Shown here one piece after another: positions 1-10,716 of a stretch of DNA of 64,000 bases. This DNA is from a virus. Taxonomy: Duplodnaviria > Caudoviricetes. The first letter of the stretch is position 1. Every line of letters starts with the position of its first letter. The stretch lies in IMG/VR virus record IMGVR_UViG_3300010354_000084, positions 233 to 64,232 of that record; one strand, 5' to 3'. Below the pieces are notes generated by a model. That model did not search any database. It had not been told where the DNA came from and worked only from the letters and a program-made list of their open reading frames with translations. A program made the translations under genes and the position numbers.

Positions 1-1
1 G

Positions 2-508
2 TTTGATTATAAATTATCTGATATACAATCTAGATATGGATTAACAAACGCTGGATTTAATATAGGATTATATGACAATAATGCTTTTACTGGAAGTGGA
101 TCTTCTAATGTTTCGGGAGTTACTCTAGAAGAATTTGAATATTGGTATCCTAATGTAACTATAGAACAATTTGAGACTAGAAAATTATCTCATTATATGG
201 AAGCAGGAGAAATTTTTGATTTAGTTCCATCATCTGTTCAAGAATTTGGAACATATTTAGATGCTCCGCTATCAACGTCAACAACTGTTGTCTACGTTAC
301 AAGTACTAAAGGATTTCCTTCAAGTGGTTACTTATTAATTAATAAAGAGTTGGTGAGATATTCTGGAAAACAACTAGATAGATTTACAGGAGTTGATAGA
401 GGGTATATGAATACAGGAGGACAATTACATAATGCTGGAGATTATATTAGATCGATAGAAGTTTCCGATCCACCACTAGATTATATCTTAGATCCAGGTC
501 CTGGATAA
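2..508 (+). CDS. 3' end of baseplate wedge initiator (gp7-like), truncated by the window start
   Basis: The frame of the listed 197..508 ORF is open back to position 2 (FDYKLSDIQSRYG...). It lies immediately upstream of gp8, the g7 position in T4-like cyanophages. Confidence 0.6.
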   Translation, partial: FDYKLSDIQSRYGLTNAGFNIGLYDNNAFTGSGSSNVSGVTLEEFEYWYPNVTIEQFETRKLSHYMEAGEIFDLVPSSVQEFGTYLDAPLSTSTTVVYVTSTKGFPSSGYLLINKELVRYSGKQLDRFTGVDRGYMNTGGQLHNAGDYIRSIEVSDPPLDYILDPGPG

Positions 509-512
509 TCAA

Positions 513-526
513 TATAAATATAAATA
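513..526 (+). promoter_or_regulatory. T4-type late promoter, two overlapping TATAAATA boxes upstream of gp8
   Basis: TATAAATATAAATA; perfect gp55 consensus at 513-520 and 519-526, intergenic. Confidence 0.8.
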
Positions 527-553
527 ACTTAGAAAAATCGACAACCACACTAA

Positions 554-2377
554 ATGGCCGCTATAATTTCAGACAAATTTAGAATTTTTAATGCTCAGCA
601 ATTTTTAGAATCTTTGTCCGAAGGTTCTAGTGATGTTGGCGATGAACGTACAAGAATGTACTTCTTTGTTGGTCGCCCACAAAGATGGGATGCTTATTTA
701 GAAATATACAATCCAAACTCAACTGCTTTTGCTGTAGGAGAGACAGTTTTTGTTGGAGCAACATTTGCTGGTGCTACATTCAAAGGTATTATTAGAGAAG
801 TTCGTGAAAACAGCTTACTTCTATATGGTATTGGACCAACCGTTAATTCTGCTCCATCATTAGGATCAACATTAAAATGCTGGAATGGCACAACAACAAC
901 TGGAGCTCAAGCACTGACTGGTGTTTATCGTTATGCTACAGAAGATGTACCACCTCTTCCTTTAGATAATCTAAGAGAAAAATACCATTTATATGATGAT
1001 ATTATTGCTGCTAAAAGAATTACATCTGATTATGCTAGAAGCGTAATCAGAAGATATAACTGGGATTTGACCGTAAACCCCAAATTTGATATGTGGAGAC
1101 CAGACTATTTTGCTACTGCTAATGGTCTTGTAGGAAATTCTACAGCAACTGGCGAAACTTCAATTACTGATGCTAAGTTTTATGTTATTAATTCTCAGTA
1201 TGAAGTATTTAAGTGTTTATACAATGGAACAAAACCTGGATATGAAAATGGACAAACTGCTACCAGTGAACCAAAGACAACTCCTTCCCCAGGATCAGGA
1301 ACTTATGCTGATGGAATTTATACTGAGGAAAGTGGTACTGCTGGATATATTTGGAAATATATGTTTACAGTTCCTACTGATGATGTAATTAGATTTTTAT
1401 CGACCGATTTTATTCCAATTGTTCAAAAATCTAATGCTTCTAGAGCAGCAGTAGAAGCAGATGCTGTTCCTGGAGCGATTGATGTAGCTTTAATCAGGGA
1501 TTCTGGATCTAATTTACCAAATGGAACCTTTTATTCTCCTATTTTAGGTGATGGTGCTAATGGTGTTGTAAAATTAGTCATTGAAAGTGGATTACTTGCT
1601 AGTGTTGAAATTTATAATAGAGGTTCTGGATACACTTATGCTTCAGTTGCTTTGAAAACAGGAACTGGCGCTGGATCTACGGCGTATGGATTATTCACAG
1701 ATGCTGCTCTAACTTCATCACAAGTTGTTGGAGGAACTGCTACTGGTTCTGTTGTTCCTGTATTACCTCCTCAAGGTGGTCATGGAGGCGCTGACATGGA
1801 GCAAGAACTTAATGCTAAGCGTGTAATGACTAACATTCGTCTCACATATGCCGAAGGATCTGGAGATTTCCCAGTAGATAATGATTTCCGTAGAATTGGT
1901 ATTATTAGAGATCCATACACATATGGAACCACTACATATGCTACTGTAGATACACTGAATAATTTACATGCGGTAAAAATTGTAGGTGCTACTGCTGGAT
2001 ATCAACCAGATGAAATTATTTCACAAACAATTTCTGGAGTTACTTCTTACGGAACTGTTGTTTCGTGGACACTAGATAGTGGTTCAACTACTAGTGGTCT
2101 TTTAAAATATATACAGACTCCAGATCTTCATGCTTTTAATGGGGTTGTTAGAGACTTTGCTGTTGACGCATCTCCTATTGTAGGATCTTCATCTGGTGCC
2201 TCTGGTACAGTTGATGATTCCACAAATGGCGAAATATTAGGAATCACACTTTCTAATGGCGTTGGATTACCAGAAATTGAACCTAATACAGGAGAAATTA
2301 TCTATGTTGAAAATAGAAGATTAATTACAAGAGCTGCCGATCAAATTGAAGATATTAAGCTTGTAATAGAATTTTAA
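554..2377 (+). CDS. gp8: Baseplate wedge subunit gp8
   Basis: MAAIISDKFRIFNA start, FYVINSQYEVFKCLYN, GYIWKYMFT, FRRIGIIRDP and C-terminal YVENR..ITRAADQIEDIKLVIEF, typical of cyanophage gp8. Confidence 0.9.
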   Translation: MAAIISDKFRIFNAQQFLESLSEGSSDVGDERTRMYFFVGRPQRWDAYLEIYNPNSTAFAVGETVFVGATFAGATFKGIIREVRENSLLLYGIGPTVNSAPSLGSTLKCWNGTTTTGAQALTGVYRYATEDVPPLPLDNLREKYHLYDDIIAAKRITSDYARSVIRRYNWDLTVNPKFDMWRPDYFATANGLVGNSTATGETSITDAKFYVINSQYEVFKCLYNGTKPGYENGQTATSEPKTTPSPGSGTYADGIYTEESGTAGYIWKYMFTVPTDDVIRFLSTDFIPIVQKSNASRAAVEADAVPGAIDVALIRDSGSNLPNGTFYSPILGDGANGVVKLVIESGLLASVEIYNRGSGYTYASVALKTGTGAGSTAYGLFTDAALTSSQVVGGTATGSVVPVLPPQGGHGGADMEQELNAKRVMTNIRLTYAEGSGDFPVDNDFRRIGIIRDPYTYGTTTYATVDTLNNLHAVKIVGATAGYQPDEIISQTISGVTSYGTVVSWTLDSGSTTSGLLKYIQTPDLHAFNGVVRDFAVDASPIVGSSSGASGTVDDSTNGEILGITLSNGVGLPEIEPNTGEIIYVENRRLITRAADQIEDIKLVIEF

Positions 2378-2415
2378 TTATCAAGTTCCTCTTAATTTAC
2401 AGAGAATAATTTACA

Positions 2416-5400
2416 ATGCCACAGAAGACTAACCTTAACGTATCGCCATATTTTGACGATTTCGATCCATCTAAAAATTTTTATAAAGTTCTTTTTAGAC
2501 CTGGATATGCTGTACAGACTAGAGAGTTAACAACTCTCCAGTCTATTTTACAATCTCAGATTGAAAATTATGGTAAGTTTAATTTCAAGCAAGGTGAACA
2601 GGTCGTACCTGGAGAAGTTGGATTAAATACGAAAATAAATTATGTAAAATTATCTTCTGTTTCTGAAGTTGCTATAAATGAAAACGACGGTATTGTATAC
2701 AAAAAATATGACATCAAGCAAATTATTGGATCTAGATTAAGAGGAATTAATTCAAACGTAATAGCTACTGTCATAGAAGCAGATTATGCTACAACAACAG
2801 ATTCTGATACTTTATATGTAAATTATTTGTCAAGTGGAGATTCAAATAATGAAACTACATTTAGACAGGGTGAAACATTAGAAGTAGTTGATGGTATTAA
2901 TACTCCTTTATTGGTTGTAGGTACTGATGGAAGTGTTCTTCCCACTAGTATTTCTATTACAGATCCTATCACTGGTGACACTTCTTCTTTACAAAGTCCC
3001 GCTATGGGATATGCTTCGGCAGTAAAAGTTCAGGAAGGAATTTATTTTGTTAATGGATTTTTTGTAAGGAATGATTCTCAGCTTTTAATTATTGACAAGT
3101 ACTATGATAGACCATCAGCAAAAATTGGATTTACTATAATTGAAGATATAATAACACCAGAAGAAGATGCATCTTTATATGATATTGCTAGAGGTTATTC
3201 AAATTATTCTTCTCCTGGAGCACATAGATTAAAAATCTATCTAGAACTGAAAAAATTTGATTATAACGCAACGACTGATAAAAATTTTATTCAACTTTTA
3301 CAAATTAGATCAGGTGCTATTGAGTCTCTAATAAAACCAGCTGATTATACTTTGCTAGAAGAAACGCTGGCAAGAAGAACTTATGATGAATCTGGTGATT
3401 ATGTTGTTAATGATTTTTCTCTTGACATAAGAGAATATTATCAAAAAAATGGCAACAATGGTTTTTATCAATATAACCCAACAACAAAATTAGTAAATGG
3501 TCTTTCGGAGTCGGAAGCTTCCCAAAAAATGGTTCTTGGAATTGGACCAGGAAAGGCTTATGTTAAAGGATATGAAATTGTCAATAAAGAGACCAAGTAT
3601 TTAACAGTAAATAAAGCAAGAGATACTCTTACTAGAGATAATGTAACCTTAAAATCTAAGGGGTTATCAACTTTTAAAGTTACAAATGTTTATGGTAGCG
3701 TACCTTTAAATACAGTTGGAGATGAATTAACTGCTTACCCAAATGTATACTTAAATAATACTTTCAATGACGGCACTATAGGATTAAATAATACAGAAGA
3801 TTCCACATATTTTAAACAAACTAAAGATAGAAGATCTTTGAAGTTTGGTCTAAATGATGCTATCAAAACAATTTATATTCAGATTCAAGGAGATCTTCCA
3901 TCACAAGAATCTGAATATCCATCACAATTATGGTTTATTAAAACAAGAACTGGCACTGTTCCTTCTAGTGTGGACTATGTAACTGTTATTGGTCATTCCT
4001 TAGTTAATAGATTAGAAGTTTCTGAGTCATTAGATCAATATTATATTGAATTAACTGTTGTTGGTAATAAATCATACTTAGATACATATTTCAAAGAATA
4101 TGATGAGGCAGGAGCTGCTAAGTTTAGATATGTTTATTTAACTCAAGCAGAAGCTTTAGCAGCGGGAGAATCTTATTATGGTTGGATTGTCGATTATAAT
4201 CCGACTATAACTCCAGTTGTTGGTATAGCAAAACCAAAAGATTTTTCATTTAATCAAAGAGCTATAGGATTTAATGAAGATACAGATGTTGTTTTATCAA
4301 AAGGAAGAACAGGATCTGGATTTACTCCTTATACGGCATCGTTCAATTTCTCATATTTTAATCCAGTATTTTTCACAAGAATCACTACAGAAACAACTAT
4401 TGACACTGGGTTTGAAACTGGAAAATATATTACAGGAAAAACTAGTAGAGCATATGGAGTGATTGAAAACGATACGACAGAAAATTATAGTTTTGGTAAT
4501 ACTTTATTTGTATCAACATTATCTGGTAATTTCTTACCTGGGGAAACTATTTTTGATGAAGATGGAAATTCTGTGAGAATTGCCACAGATAATACTATTT
4601 CACACTTTATTGTTAATTACGGTGGTAATGCTTATTCAGATAATACAAAATTAATTATTAATGGATCTACTATAGACTCTGCTAATATTAGAGTAGATCA
4701 ATATGGAGGAAAGATTTACAGATGCTCTATATTGAATAGGAATGTTTTGACAGAACAATATGCTTCTCCACCTGTAGTAACACCATCTCCAGTACCATCT
4801 ATTCCAGCAAACATTGCTAGCATAACTCCAGTTCTGTTTAAAAATTCTGTTATTACATACAATCCACAAAATATTAAATCATTTGCTTCTGAGTATAATG
4901 GATACAAATATACTTCAGATGTAGATTTAACTAACACATCATACTCTTCTTATTATCAAATCACTAGTTTTACTTTTTCTGGAGAAAGAGGTAGAAAATA
5001 TTTGGAGTGTAGTGGATTTGGTGCCGATTTATCTAAAGATTTGATACAAGGAGATATTATACAGTTTAATGATGTATCGAATAATGTAGTTAAAACTGTA
5101 GTACAATATGTTACTAATCCTCAAGGTACTACTAAATCAAGAATTTATTTAGACTATGCTTTACAAGATAATGTTTCTAATACGAGTGTAATTAGAGTAA
5201 GGCCAAATATTGAGAATGTTTCAACATCTTCTTTGATTTACCCTACAGGAAGTAAGCAATTAAAATCTTTAATTAATGATAATAGTGATACCAAATTTAA
5301 ATATTATATTAGAAAAGACTTTACTACCGATTTATCTTCGAGTGGAGGAACTATTACTTTCTCCGCCCAACTTCCAGTTGGAACTCAAAGATTTGTAACT

Positions 5401-8400
5401 CCAACTGAAGGTAACTATATTTTAACAGTTTTGGATAAAGGATCCTCTACGGTTGTAGAGAATGGGGATATTGTTTATGTAGATTTTAATGATCCTTCTA
5501 TTGTTCAAATTGTTCAATCTGTCAGTACAAATAATCAGGTTACCGCTGGATCTTTTGTAATTAATTTACCAAATAATTATTTTGGAACGATTTTACAAGG
5601 AGGAATTTATCCAAAATTAAAATTAACTGCCACAGTAGAAGTTAATAAAGCAAAGGCAAGATTAAAAACATCTATAGAAAATAAAAGAATAATAATCGTT
5701 TCATCTGGGGATAAGATTATTCCTTTAAGAGGAAAAGATTATGATGCTGATACTATCGAAGTATTTTCATATTCAGATGTTTATAAATTGAGATATGTTT
5801 ACGAAGGTACTTCTACTAATCCACCAAAAGTAGATGCTAATGGCAATTTAATTAGTGGAACTGATGTCACTTATAAATTTACATTCGATGACGGACAAAG
5901 AGATACTTTCTATGATGTTTCTAGAGTTGTATTAAAACCAGGATTTGATGCTCCTTCAGGACAATTAGTTGTTGCTTTTGATTACTTTGAACATTCGAGT
6001 GGAGATTTTTGTACTGTAGATTCTTATTTACATGAAGCAGGAGTTGCTGCTGAAGAGATTCCAACTTTCAACTCGGCAGTTCATGGTGTGGTATCATTAA
6101 AAGATGTAATTGATTTTAGACCAAAAGTAGATTCTAATACTACCGTTACTGGATTCCAGGACGTATCTATTCTTTCAAATCCAAATAATTATGATTATGT
6201 AAATTTTGTTGGGAATGGTGGGGTAGTTGCTTTAACTCCAGCATCTGATTCTAATCTAGAATTTACAATGTCATTTAGTGAGACTCAATATCTGGATAGA
6301 ATAGATGGAGTATTTTTAACGAAGAAGGGAGATTTTCTGATTAAGGAAGGAAATTCTTCGTTGAATCCATCCAAACCAGAAGCAGTTGATGACGCTATTA
6401 GTTTGTGCTATATTCATATTCCATCATTCACTAATAGTAGCAAAGATATCAGAATCTTGCCAGTTGATAATAAGCGTTATACAATGAGGGATATTGGTAA
6501 ACTTGAGAAGAGAATCGAACGTCTTGAGTACTATACCACACTCAGTATTCTTGAGCAGCAAGCATTAAACATGCAGGTCAAGGATGAAATTGGAATGGAC
6601 CGCTTTAAGTCTGGATTTATAGTAGATAATTTTGAAGCACATAAAATTGGTAACTTACAGTCAATTGATTACAAGTGTGCTATTGATACACAACAATCTG
6701 TTTTAAGACCACAATCAAAAGAAGATAGCATCTTACTGAAAGAAATTAATTCTAGAGAAGATCAAAGAATTGTTTCTGGATATGTAAATAATAATGGAGT
6801 CATTACACTTCCATATACAGAAGTTAAATTATTAGCAAATGATAATGCCACTAAGACATTAAATCCAAATGAATTTGTAGTTCTACAATATGTTGGCGAT
6901 TGTTCTATATATCCAACAGTAGATCAATGGTACGATACATCTACTGCTCCTTTAGTTGTAGATAGTAATACTAAATTAAATTCAATTTTCTTAGCAAAAG
7001 AAAACATCAAAGAATCTTTCTCAAGTTTACACAATTCGTTTATTATTAACTGGACAGGAACTAATAAATCATTCTTTAATATCGAATCATTAGCAAATAT
7101 TAACAGTGAAGATGTCAAATCTTCTGTAAGTTCTGCTTCTATAGCAAGTAGCTCTAATATTAGTCCACAGAATAATGAATTAGCAAAAGGTGTTGGATCA
7201 AAAGTTGTAAATAATACTAAAGTGTCTACTGGATTACAATTTTTTGTAAGATCCATTCCAGTTAGATTTATTGTACGTAGATTAAAGCCAAATACAAAAA
7301 TTTATGTCTTTATGGAAGGTAGAGACATTAATAGATGGGTTGTTCCAGATACAAAGTTTACAGGCGTACCAGAAAATTCATTATCAACATTTAATTCTCC
7401 ATTAATTACAGATTCAAATGGAAATCTTAGTGGAATTATTTTAATACCAAATGGCAAAGCACCAGTTGAAAATACAAAATGGACTGGTGATATTAATACT
7501 GTATCATATGATGATTCTTCAGAAGAAGTTAAATTTACTTGTGGTGCTAAAACAATTAAATTTACATCTAGTTCTACAAATGATTCTACTGATGATGTAG
7601 ATACTTTTGCTGATGTTAAGTTTTATGCTACTGGCATTTTACCAGAAAATCCATCTAGTATTGTATCTACCGCTCCAGCATATTTTAAAGCAAATGAAGG
7701 TGTTCAATTAATTAATAATAATACACAATCTAAAATTAAACCAAATCCATTAGCACAAACTTTTAAAGTCGAAAATTATGAAGGTGGTGTTTTTGTAACA
7801 GGAGTAGATCTTTTCTTTGCTCAAAAGAGCTCTGCTATCCCAATTAGAGTTTATATTTCAAATATTGATAGTGACAAACCAGGAAAATATATTGTTCCTG
7901 GAACAGAAAGTACAATGTATCCAGATACTTATTTAAAAGTTTACTTGACTGGAGATGTAGAAACTATTAAGATTAAAAAGTCAGAATTAGTTTTAGGAAA
8001 AACATCAAATGCTGAAGGACCTATTTTAAAAGTATTTGATAAAAACAATATTCAAGTTGGAGATGATAATAGTACTGAGTTTGAATTAAATAAAGAACAA
8101 GTTTATACTTTAGTTTTAAATAATCATAATGGTAAATCTTTTGTACCAAATGAAGCATTAGTGATTCCATCAGTTACACTATATAATGCTACTAATAATA
8201 AAGCAGCTTTAATTAGCATTGCTAAAGATTCTGGAAGAGTTGTTGATTTAAAAGTCAATAATTTAGGAGAAAATTATGAAAGTGCTTCTATTGTTATTGA
8301 AAGTCCTCAATTACCTGGAGGAAGTACTGCTACTGGTTCTGTAGATGTCTCTAATGGATCTATCTATAATGCCAATATTTCATTATCTGGAAGAGGATAT

Positions 8401-10497
8401 ACTGAACCACCATCTGTTGTCATTAAAGGAATTGGAACTGGATCAGCAGGAGCTTCTATAGAATCAATTATAGAAATTGATACTCCTGCTGTTAGAATGG
8501 GAATATCGACAGATACCGAAGGAAAGAAAGAATCTACAACTCCAACAAGATTTGCTTTTGAATATCCAATATATTTACAGAATGATGTTAAATATGCTTT
8601 AAATATAGAAACAGATTCTATTGATTATTCCATATGGGCATCTAAATTAGGTGAAGTGGAAAAAGCAACAAGTTCCGTTGTTACTTCTCAACCACTATTA
8701 GGTTCTGTATATAAATCACAAAATACTGATAATTGGACAGAAGATCTATCCGAAGATATTAAATTCACATTATATAGAGCAGATTTTGACGTATCAAGAA
8801 ATGGCGAATTATTACTCACAAATAAACTTTTGGGATATGATCTTTTAGAAAAAGATCCATTTGAAACTAGCGTAAGATCAGCAACTAATGCTACTTCATC
8901 ATTGTTCAAAAACAATAATTCAATTGTTAAAATTAACCATAGAGATCATGGATTCGAAGATCAAGGAGAATCTTATGTCTTCTATAGAAATGTAGAAGAT
9001 GTTGGAGGTATTTCTTCTGTTTTATTAAACTCAGCATTATTTAAAGTTTACAATTCTGGTATTGATAGCTATACAATTATAGGTCCAAACAGAGCAGGAT
9101 CTAGCACTTTTGGTGGGGGTGGTAAAGTACTATCTACGTACAATAGAAAATTTGAAAAACTTTATGCTCAAATAGCATATCTTCAAGTTAATTCAACAAA
9201 GATTGATAGTTATGTAAGAACTACTAACATTATTCCAGTAGATTCAAAAACTATTAATTACCTATCATATTCCCAAACAGATTTCGAAAAAACATTTATT
9301 AATGATGAACATTTCTTCACCAATCAAAAAGTAATTGCTTCTAGGATAAACCAAACAATAAATCAGATAGACAATTCATTAACCTATAAACTATTGCTAT
9401 CTTCATCATCTAAAAATCTATCTCCAGTTATTGACCTAAGAACTTCCAGTGTTAAGACAATTACTAACCGAGTTGAAAATTCTACTGGACAAGAATCTAG
9501 ATTTGGAAAGAGAAATCAAATTTTAACATTCTTACCGATTTATAATATTTCTATCGCTATTTTAGGTCCATCTAATGCTGTGGAAGCAAATCAAACATTA
9601 ATTGGAAATACATCAAAAGCAGAAGGAACTATTATTTCTTTAAATGGTTCGACGGCTCAAGTAAAGTTAAAAACAAAAACTCCATTTATTAAAAATGAAA
9701 CTCTTACTGTAAAAAATACAGATGGTAGTTCTTTAACTACAGTTACAGTAACAATTACTGATATTAGTGAGTTGTCATTTACTTTCGATGAAAATTCAAA
9801 TATAGTATCATATTTCCCTCAAAACGCTACTATATCCTATGATAATAAGATCAATGGAAAAGTGCTATCTTGGGATTCGAAGGATAAAGAATTAATTGTT
9901 GAGAATTGCTATGAACCTATTAATGGAGATTATATTAGTGAGATTACGCTTAATAGTCCATTTACTAGATTAGAAAGTTCGGCAGAACAATCTTCAGATA
10001 TTTTTAGAGCGGGAGATGTTATTAAATCTGCTGATGGAAAATATGTAGAAATTAATACTATGGAATTTTCTAATGGCATAGATTATGTTGAAGAAACTAA
10101 TTCTAAAAATAGTTCTGCCTTAGCAAAATATGTAACTAAAGAAATTTCAATCAACAATCCAGGAACTTCTATTGACTTAAGAATGACAGCAAATATTAAA
10201 GATATAGAAAATATTAAAGTTTTGTATAAGATTAAATTATCTTCGGTTCAATCGAACTTTGATGATATTAATTGGGAATACTTTAATATTGATGGATCTC
10301 CAGATAATAAAGATCTAGCAAGACCAGCAAATTCTATTTCTGGTCAATTTGAAAAGCAAGATTTCTATCAAGAATTAAAATATAGCATTTCTAATGTATC
10401 AGAATTTACCTCATTTGCTATTAAAATTATAATGAAGACTGATGATCCAGCGTATGTTCCAAAAATACAAGACATAAGAGCCGTAGCTAGTTATTGA
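2416..10497 (+). CDS. Large virion structural protein, VrlC/DUF4815-like (2693 aa)
   Basis: MPQKTNLNVSPYFDDFD..KNFYKVLFRPG..VQTRELTTLQSILQ, LARRTYDESGDY, YTMRDIGKLEKRIERLEYYT, PLAQTF and C-terminal PKIQDIRAVA motifs; directly after g8. Confidence 0.8.
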   Translation: MPQKTNLNVSPYFDDFDPSKNFYKVLFRPGYAVQTRELTTLQSILQSQIENYGKFNFKQGEQVVPGEVGLNTKINYVKLSSVSEVAINENDGIVYKKYDIKQIIGSRLRGINSNVIATVIEADYATTTDSDTLYVNYLSSGDSNNETTFRQGETLEVVDGINTPLLVVGTDGSVLPTSISITDPITGDTSSLQSPAMGYASAVKVQEGIYFVNGFFVRNDSQLLIIDKYYDRPSAKIGFTIIEDIITPEEDASLYDIARGYSNYSSPGAHRLKIYLELKKFDYNATTDKNFIQLLQIRSGAIESLIKPADYTLLEETLARRTYDESGDYVVNDFSLDIREYYQKNGNNGFYQYNPTTKLVNGLSESEASQKMVLGIGPGKAYVKGYEIVNKETKYLTVNKARDTLTRDNVTLKSKGLSTFKVTNVYGSVPLNTVGDELTAYPNVYLNNTFNDGTIGLNNTEDSTYFKQTKDRRSLKFGLNDAIKTIYIQIQGDLPSQESEYPSQLWFIKTRTGTVPSSVDYVTVIGHSLVNRLEVSESLDQYYIELTVVGNKSYLDTYFKEYDEAGAAKFRYVYLTQAEALAAGESYYGWIVDYNPTITPVVGIAKPKDFSFNQRAIGFNEDTDVVLSKGRTGSGFTPYTASFNFSYFNPVFFTRITTETTIDTGFETGKYITGKTSRAYGVIENDTTENYSFGNTLFVSTLSGNFLPGETIFDEDGNSVRIATDNTISHFIVNYGGNAYSDNTKLIINGSTIDSANIRVDQYGGKIYRCSILNRNVLTEQYASPPVVTPSPVPSIPANIASITPVLFKNSVITYNPQNIKSFASEYNGYKYTSDVDLTNTSYSSYYQITSFTFSGERGRKYLECSGFGADLSKDLIQGDIIQFNDVSNNVVKTVVQYVTNPQGTTKSRIYLDYALQDNVSNTSVIRVRPNIENVSTSSLIYPTGSKQLKSLINDNSDTKFKYYIRKDFTTDLSSSGGTITFSAQLPVGTQRFVTPTEGNYILTVLDKGSSTVVENGDIVYVDFNDPSIVQIVQSVSTNNQVTAGSFVINLPNNYFGTILQGGIYPKLKLTATVEVNKAKARLKTSIENKRIIIVSSGDKIIPLRGKDYDADTIEVFSYSDVYKLRYVYEGTSTNPPKVDANGNLISGTDVTYKFTFDDGQRDTFYDVSRVVLKPGFDAPSGQLVVAFDYFEHSSGDFCTVDSYLHEAGVAAEEIPTFNSAVHGVVSLKDVIDFRPKVDSNTTVTGFQDVSILSNPNNYDYVNFVGNGGVVALTPASDSNLEFTMSFSETQYLDRIDGVFLTKKGDFLIKEGNSSLNPSKPEAVDDAISLCYIHIPSFTNSSKDIRILPVDNKRYTMRDIGKLEKRIERLEYYTTLSILEQQALNMQVKDEIGMDRFKSGFIVDNFEAHKIGNLQSIDYKCAIDTQQSVLRPQSKEDSILLKEINSREDQRIVSGYVNNNGVITLPYTEVKLLANDNATKTLNPNEFVVLQYVGDCSIYPTVDQWYDTSTAPLVVDSNTKLNSIFLAKENIKESFSSLHNSFIINWTGTNKSFFNIESLANINSEDVKSSVSSASIASSSNISPQNNELAKGVGSKVVNNTKVSTGLQFFVRSIPVRFIVRRLKPNTKIYVFMEGRDINRWVVPDTKFTGVPENSLSTFNSPLITDSNGNLSGIILIPNGKAPVENTKWTGDINTVSYDDSSEEVKFTCGAKTIKFTSSSTNDSTDDVDTFADVKFYATGILPENPSSIVSTAPAYFKANEGVQLINNNTQSKIKPNPLAQTFKVENYEGGVFVTGVDLFFAQKSSAIPIRVYISNIDSDKPGKYIVPGTESTMYPDTYLKVYLTGDVETIKIKKSELVLGKTSNAEGPILKVFDKNNIQVGDDNSTEFELNKEQVYTLVLNNHNGKSFVPNEALVIPSVTLYNATNNKAALISIAKDSGRVVDLKVNNLGENYESASIVIESPQLPGGSTATGSVDVSNGSIYNANISLSGRGYTEPPSVVIKGIGTGSAGASIESIIEIDTPAVRMGISTDTEGKKESTTPTRFAFEYPIYLQNDVKYALNIETDSIDYSIWASKLGEVEKATSSVVTSQPLLGSVYKSQNTDNWTEDLSEDIKFTLYRADFDVSRNGELLLTNKLLGYDLLEKDPFETSVRSATNATSSLFKNNNSIVKINHRDHGFEDQGESYVFYRNVEDVGGISSVLLNSALFKVYNSGIDSYTIIGPNRAGSSTFGGGGKVLSTYNRKFEKLYAQIAYLQVNSTKIDSYVRTTNIIPVDSKTINYLSYSQTDFEKTFINDEHFFTNQKVIASRINQTINQIDNSLTYKLLLSSSSKNLSPVIDLRTSSVKTITNRVENSTGQESRFGKRNQILTFLPIYNISIAILGPSNAVEANQTLIGNTSKAEGTIISLNGSTAQVKLKTKTPFIKNETLTVKNTDGSSLTTVTVTITDISELSFTFDENSNIVSYFPQNATISYDNKINGKVLSWDSKDKELIVENCYEPINGDYISEITLNSPFTRLESSAEQSSDIFRAGDVIKSADGKYVEINTMEFSNGIDYVEETNSKNSSALAKYVTKEISINNPGTSIDLRMTANIKDIENIKVLYKIKLSSVQSNFDDINWEYFNIDGSPDNKDLARPANSISGQFEKQDFYQELKYSISNVSEFTSFAIKIIMKTDDPAYVPKIQDIRAVASY

Positions 10498-10500
10498 TAA

Positions 10501-10716
10501 ATGGACTATTTGAAAGTTACTGGTCATGATGGTCTAGTAAGAGATAAGGATACTGGAGCCATTATAAATACTGATAAAAGCGTATTTGAAAGTGTTAAAA
10601 AAGCACGTCTAAATGCTTCTTCGTTTCATCAAATCCAACAGGATGTCCACCTTCTAAAAGAAGAACTTTCTGATATCAAAAATCTTCTACGAGAGTTATT
10701 AAAAAATGGCAGTTAG
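10501..10716 (+). CDS. Small conserved cyanophage protein with C-terminal coiled coil
   Basis: YLKVTGHDGLVRDKDTGAIINTD followed by a heptad-like tail; tightly packed between the neighbouring genes. Confidence 0.75.
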   Translation: MDYLKVTGHDGLVRDKDTGAIINTDKSVFESVKKARLNASSFHQIQQDVHLLKEELSDIKNLLRELLKNGS